DNA from: an uncultured Alphaproteobacteria bacterium
GTDB lineage: Bacteria > Pseudomonadota > Alphaproteobacteria > JAPOUT01 > G958296285
Assembly: GCA_958296285.1 (NCBI GenBank)
Contig: OY282459.1
Span: forward strand, 1,604,999-1,668,998
Direction: 5' to 3'
Length of the DNA stretch: 64,000 bases
Within the stretch, counting starts at the first letter, position 1. The number at the start of each line of letters is the position of its first letter. Positions 63,273-64,000 of this stretch are shown one piece after another. A program made the translations under genes and the position numbers. The notes beneath the pieces are model-generated. The model was given only the letters and a program-made list of their open reading frames with translations, searched no databases and was not told the DNA's origin.

Positions 63273-63788
63273 CTATTGCGATCGGTGGGCGTTATCGTTC
63301 TTCCCCAAGCCTTCTTGCAGATCCCTGAACAAACGTTCATTGTCGGCGCAAAATTTACGAAAGCCTGTAAAATCGCGCGATTCCTCCCCTTCCCCAAGAT
63401 ATTCTATCGCTCCCTCAAAAGTGAATGACAGATAATCCATAGCGCTCATGACGACAAATTTCGTGTCTTCTTCCACGTTATGCCGCATAACGCCCTCTAT
63501 ATCCTTTCCCCATTTCTTGAGAGCCTTGGCGCGCTCTTTCTCGGGGAATTCCGCATTGACCCAAAGACGCACGGCATCTTCAGCCGTGATGGCGACTCGG
63601 AGATCCTGTTCAGGATCGGAATATCTGTAGCGTCTGCGATCCCGATATTCCTCTCTCCTCTTCTCGTCCCACTCCCACCAACCTTTGGGAAGCTCATTGT
63701 TGAACATGACATAGATCATTGTCTTCGCGCTCCTTGTGAAGTCTCGCGGCTGAGTCCCATTATAGACATGAGAGCTGGGTTCCGTCAA
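63273..63788 (-). CDS. Hypothetical protein (171 aa)
   Basis: ORF only; Trp/Glu/Arg-rich, no recognised motif. Confidence 0.35.
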   Translation of the reverse strand: MTEPSSHVYNGTQPRDFTRSAKTMIYVMFNNELPKGWWEWDEKRREEYRDRRRYRYSDPEQDLRVAITAEDAVRLWVNAEFPEKERAKALKKWGKDIEGVMRHNVEEDTKFVVMSAMDYLSFTFEGAIEYLGEGEESRDFTGFRKFCADNERLFRDLQEGLGKNDNAHRSQ

Positions 63789-64000
63789 AAGCCGTTGAAG
63801 CGGGCGATTTCGGCGAGAGAGGCGCGCTCGGTTCGGAGCTCATTCACTTTGTCGGTCTCGTCCATATAGCCGAGACCCATGCCGCAGAAGAACATATGCC
63901 CGTCAGGAATATCCAAGACGCGGCGCAAAGTGGGCGTGAAAACCGCCCACGCCTCCTGCGGACAAGTGTGCAGACGATATTCGCGCGCCAACAGCATGAG
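63785..64000 (-). CDS. 3-prime end of a gene continuing past the right window edge (nitroreductase-like C-terminus?)
   Basis: Tracked 70-aa ORF ..FFCGMGLGYMDETD.. The reading frame remains open to position 64000. Confidence 0.35.
   Translation of the reverse strand, partial: LMLLAREYRLHTCPQEAWAVFTPTLRRVLDIPDGHMFFCGMGLGYMDETDKVNELRTERASLAEIARFNGF

Noticed and set aside
1-64000. tRNA, rRNA, integrase, transposase, reverse transcriptase, cas genes
   Set aside because: No GGTTCGAATCC-type T-arm flanked by an acceptor stem other than the tmRNA was seen. No DDE, tyrosine-recombinase or RT motif is in any ORF. The accessory block therefore lacks canonical mobility genes.

Overview
This window is a high-GC chromosomal segment that looks alphaproteobacterial. 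It carries a permuted two-piece ssrA with an ANDNYADARLAA tag, an SspB-alpha adaptor and cycHJKL-type ccm genes. The ORF track is taken as authoritative for coordinates, because my own nucleotide-level reading was off by one in places.

Layout, left to right:
- 1-9.7 kb: one continuous minus-strand ORF of at least 3236 codons, which the ORF track does not list. It encodes a giant Sec-signal repeat protein and runs off the left edge. The plus-strand ORFs in this stretch are antisense shadows.
- 9.9-24.5 kb: housekeeping genes. These are folA-thyA, a permuted tmRNA immediately upstream of sspB, fumC, an AsmA-family protein, an old-yellow-enzyme flavoenzyme, rhlE, a crotonase and an aldehyde dehydrogenase. 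A minus-strand MotA-like/MotB-like/79-aa cassette follows.
- 24.8-27.7 kb: two tandem paralogous genes whose C-terminal domains carry the full Josephin (Machado-Joseph deubiquitinase) Cys/His/Asn signature. Each also has 1-3 copies of a ~65-aa N-terminal module. These are eukaryote-like candidate effectors and the most interesting finding.
- 28.8-36.5 kb: a complete suf operon (Rrf2 regulator with a palindromic operator, then nifS-sufBCD-sufS-sufT-sufA), with a translationally coupled tenA at its end.
- 38.4-46 and 53.2-64 kb: accessory, defence-like DNA that is visibly AT-richer. It holds an HsdR_N-like nuclease, four DUF1640 coiled-coil paralogs with variable 33-bp tandem repeats, and a retropepsin-like protease. 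It also holds an Mrr-like enzyme, an endonuclease VII-like enzyme plus methyltransferase pair, two methyltransferase-HNH fusions, and hicAB.
- About 4.2 kb of this accessory DNA is inserted between ccmE and ccmF, splitting the cycHJKL operon.
- An ECF sigma/anti-sigma triad, glnE and a short HU-like ORF are interspersed.

Eleven copies of a mosaic REP/MITE-like element family occupy almost every intergenic gap from 24.6 kb onward. No tRNA, rRNA, CRISPR, integrase or transposase was recognised.
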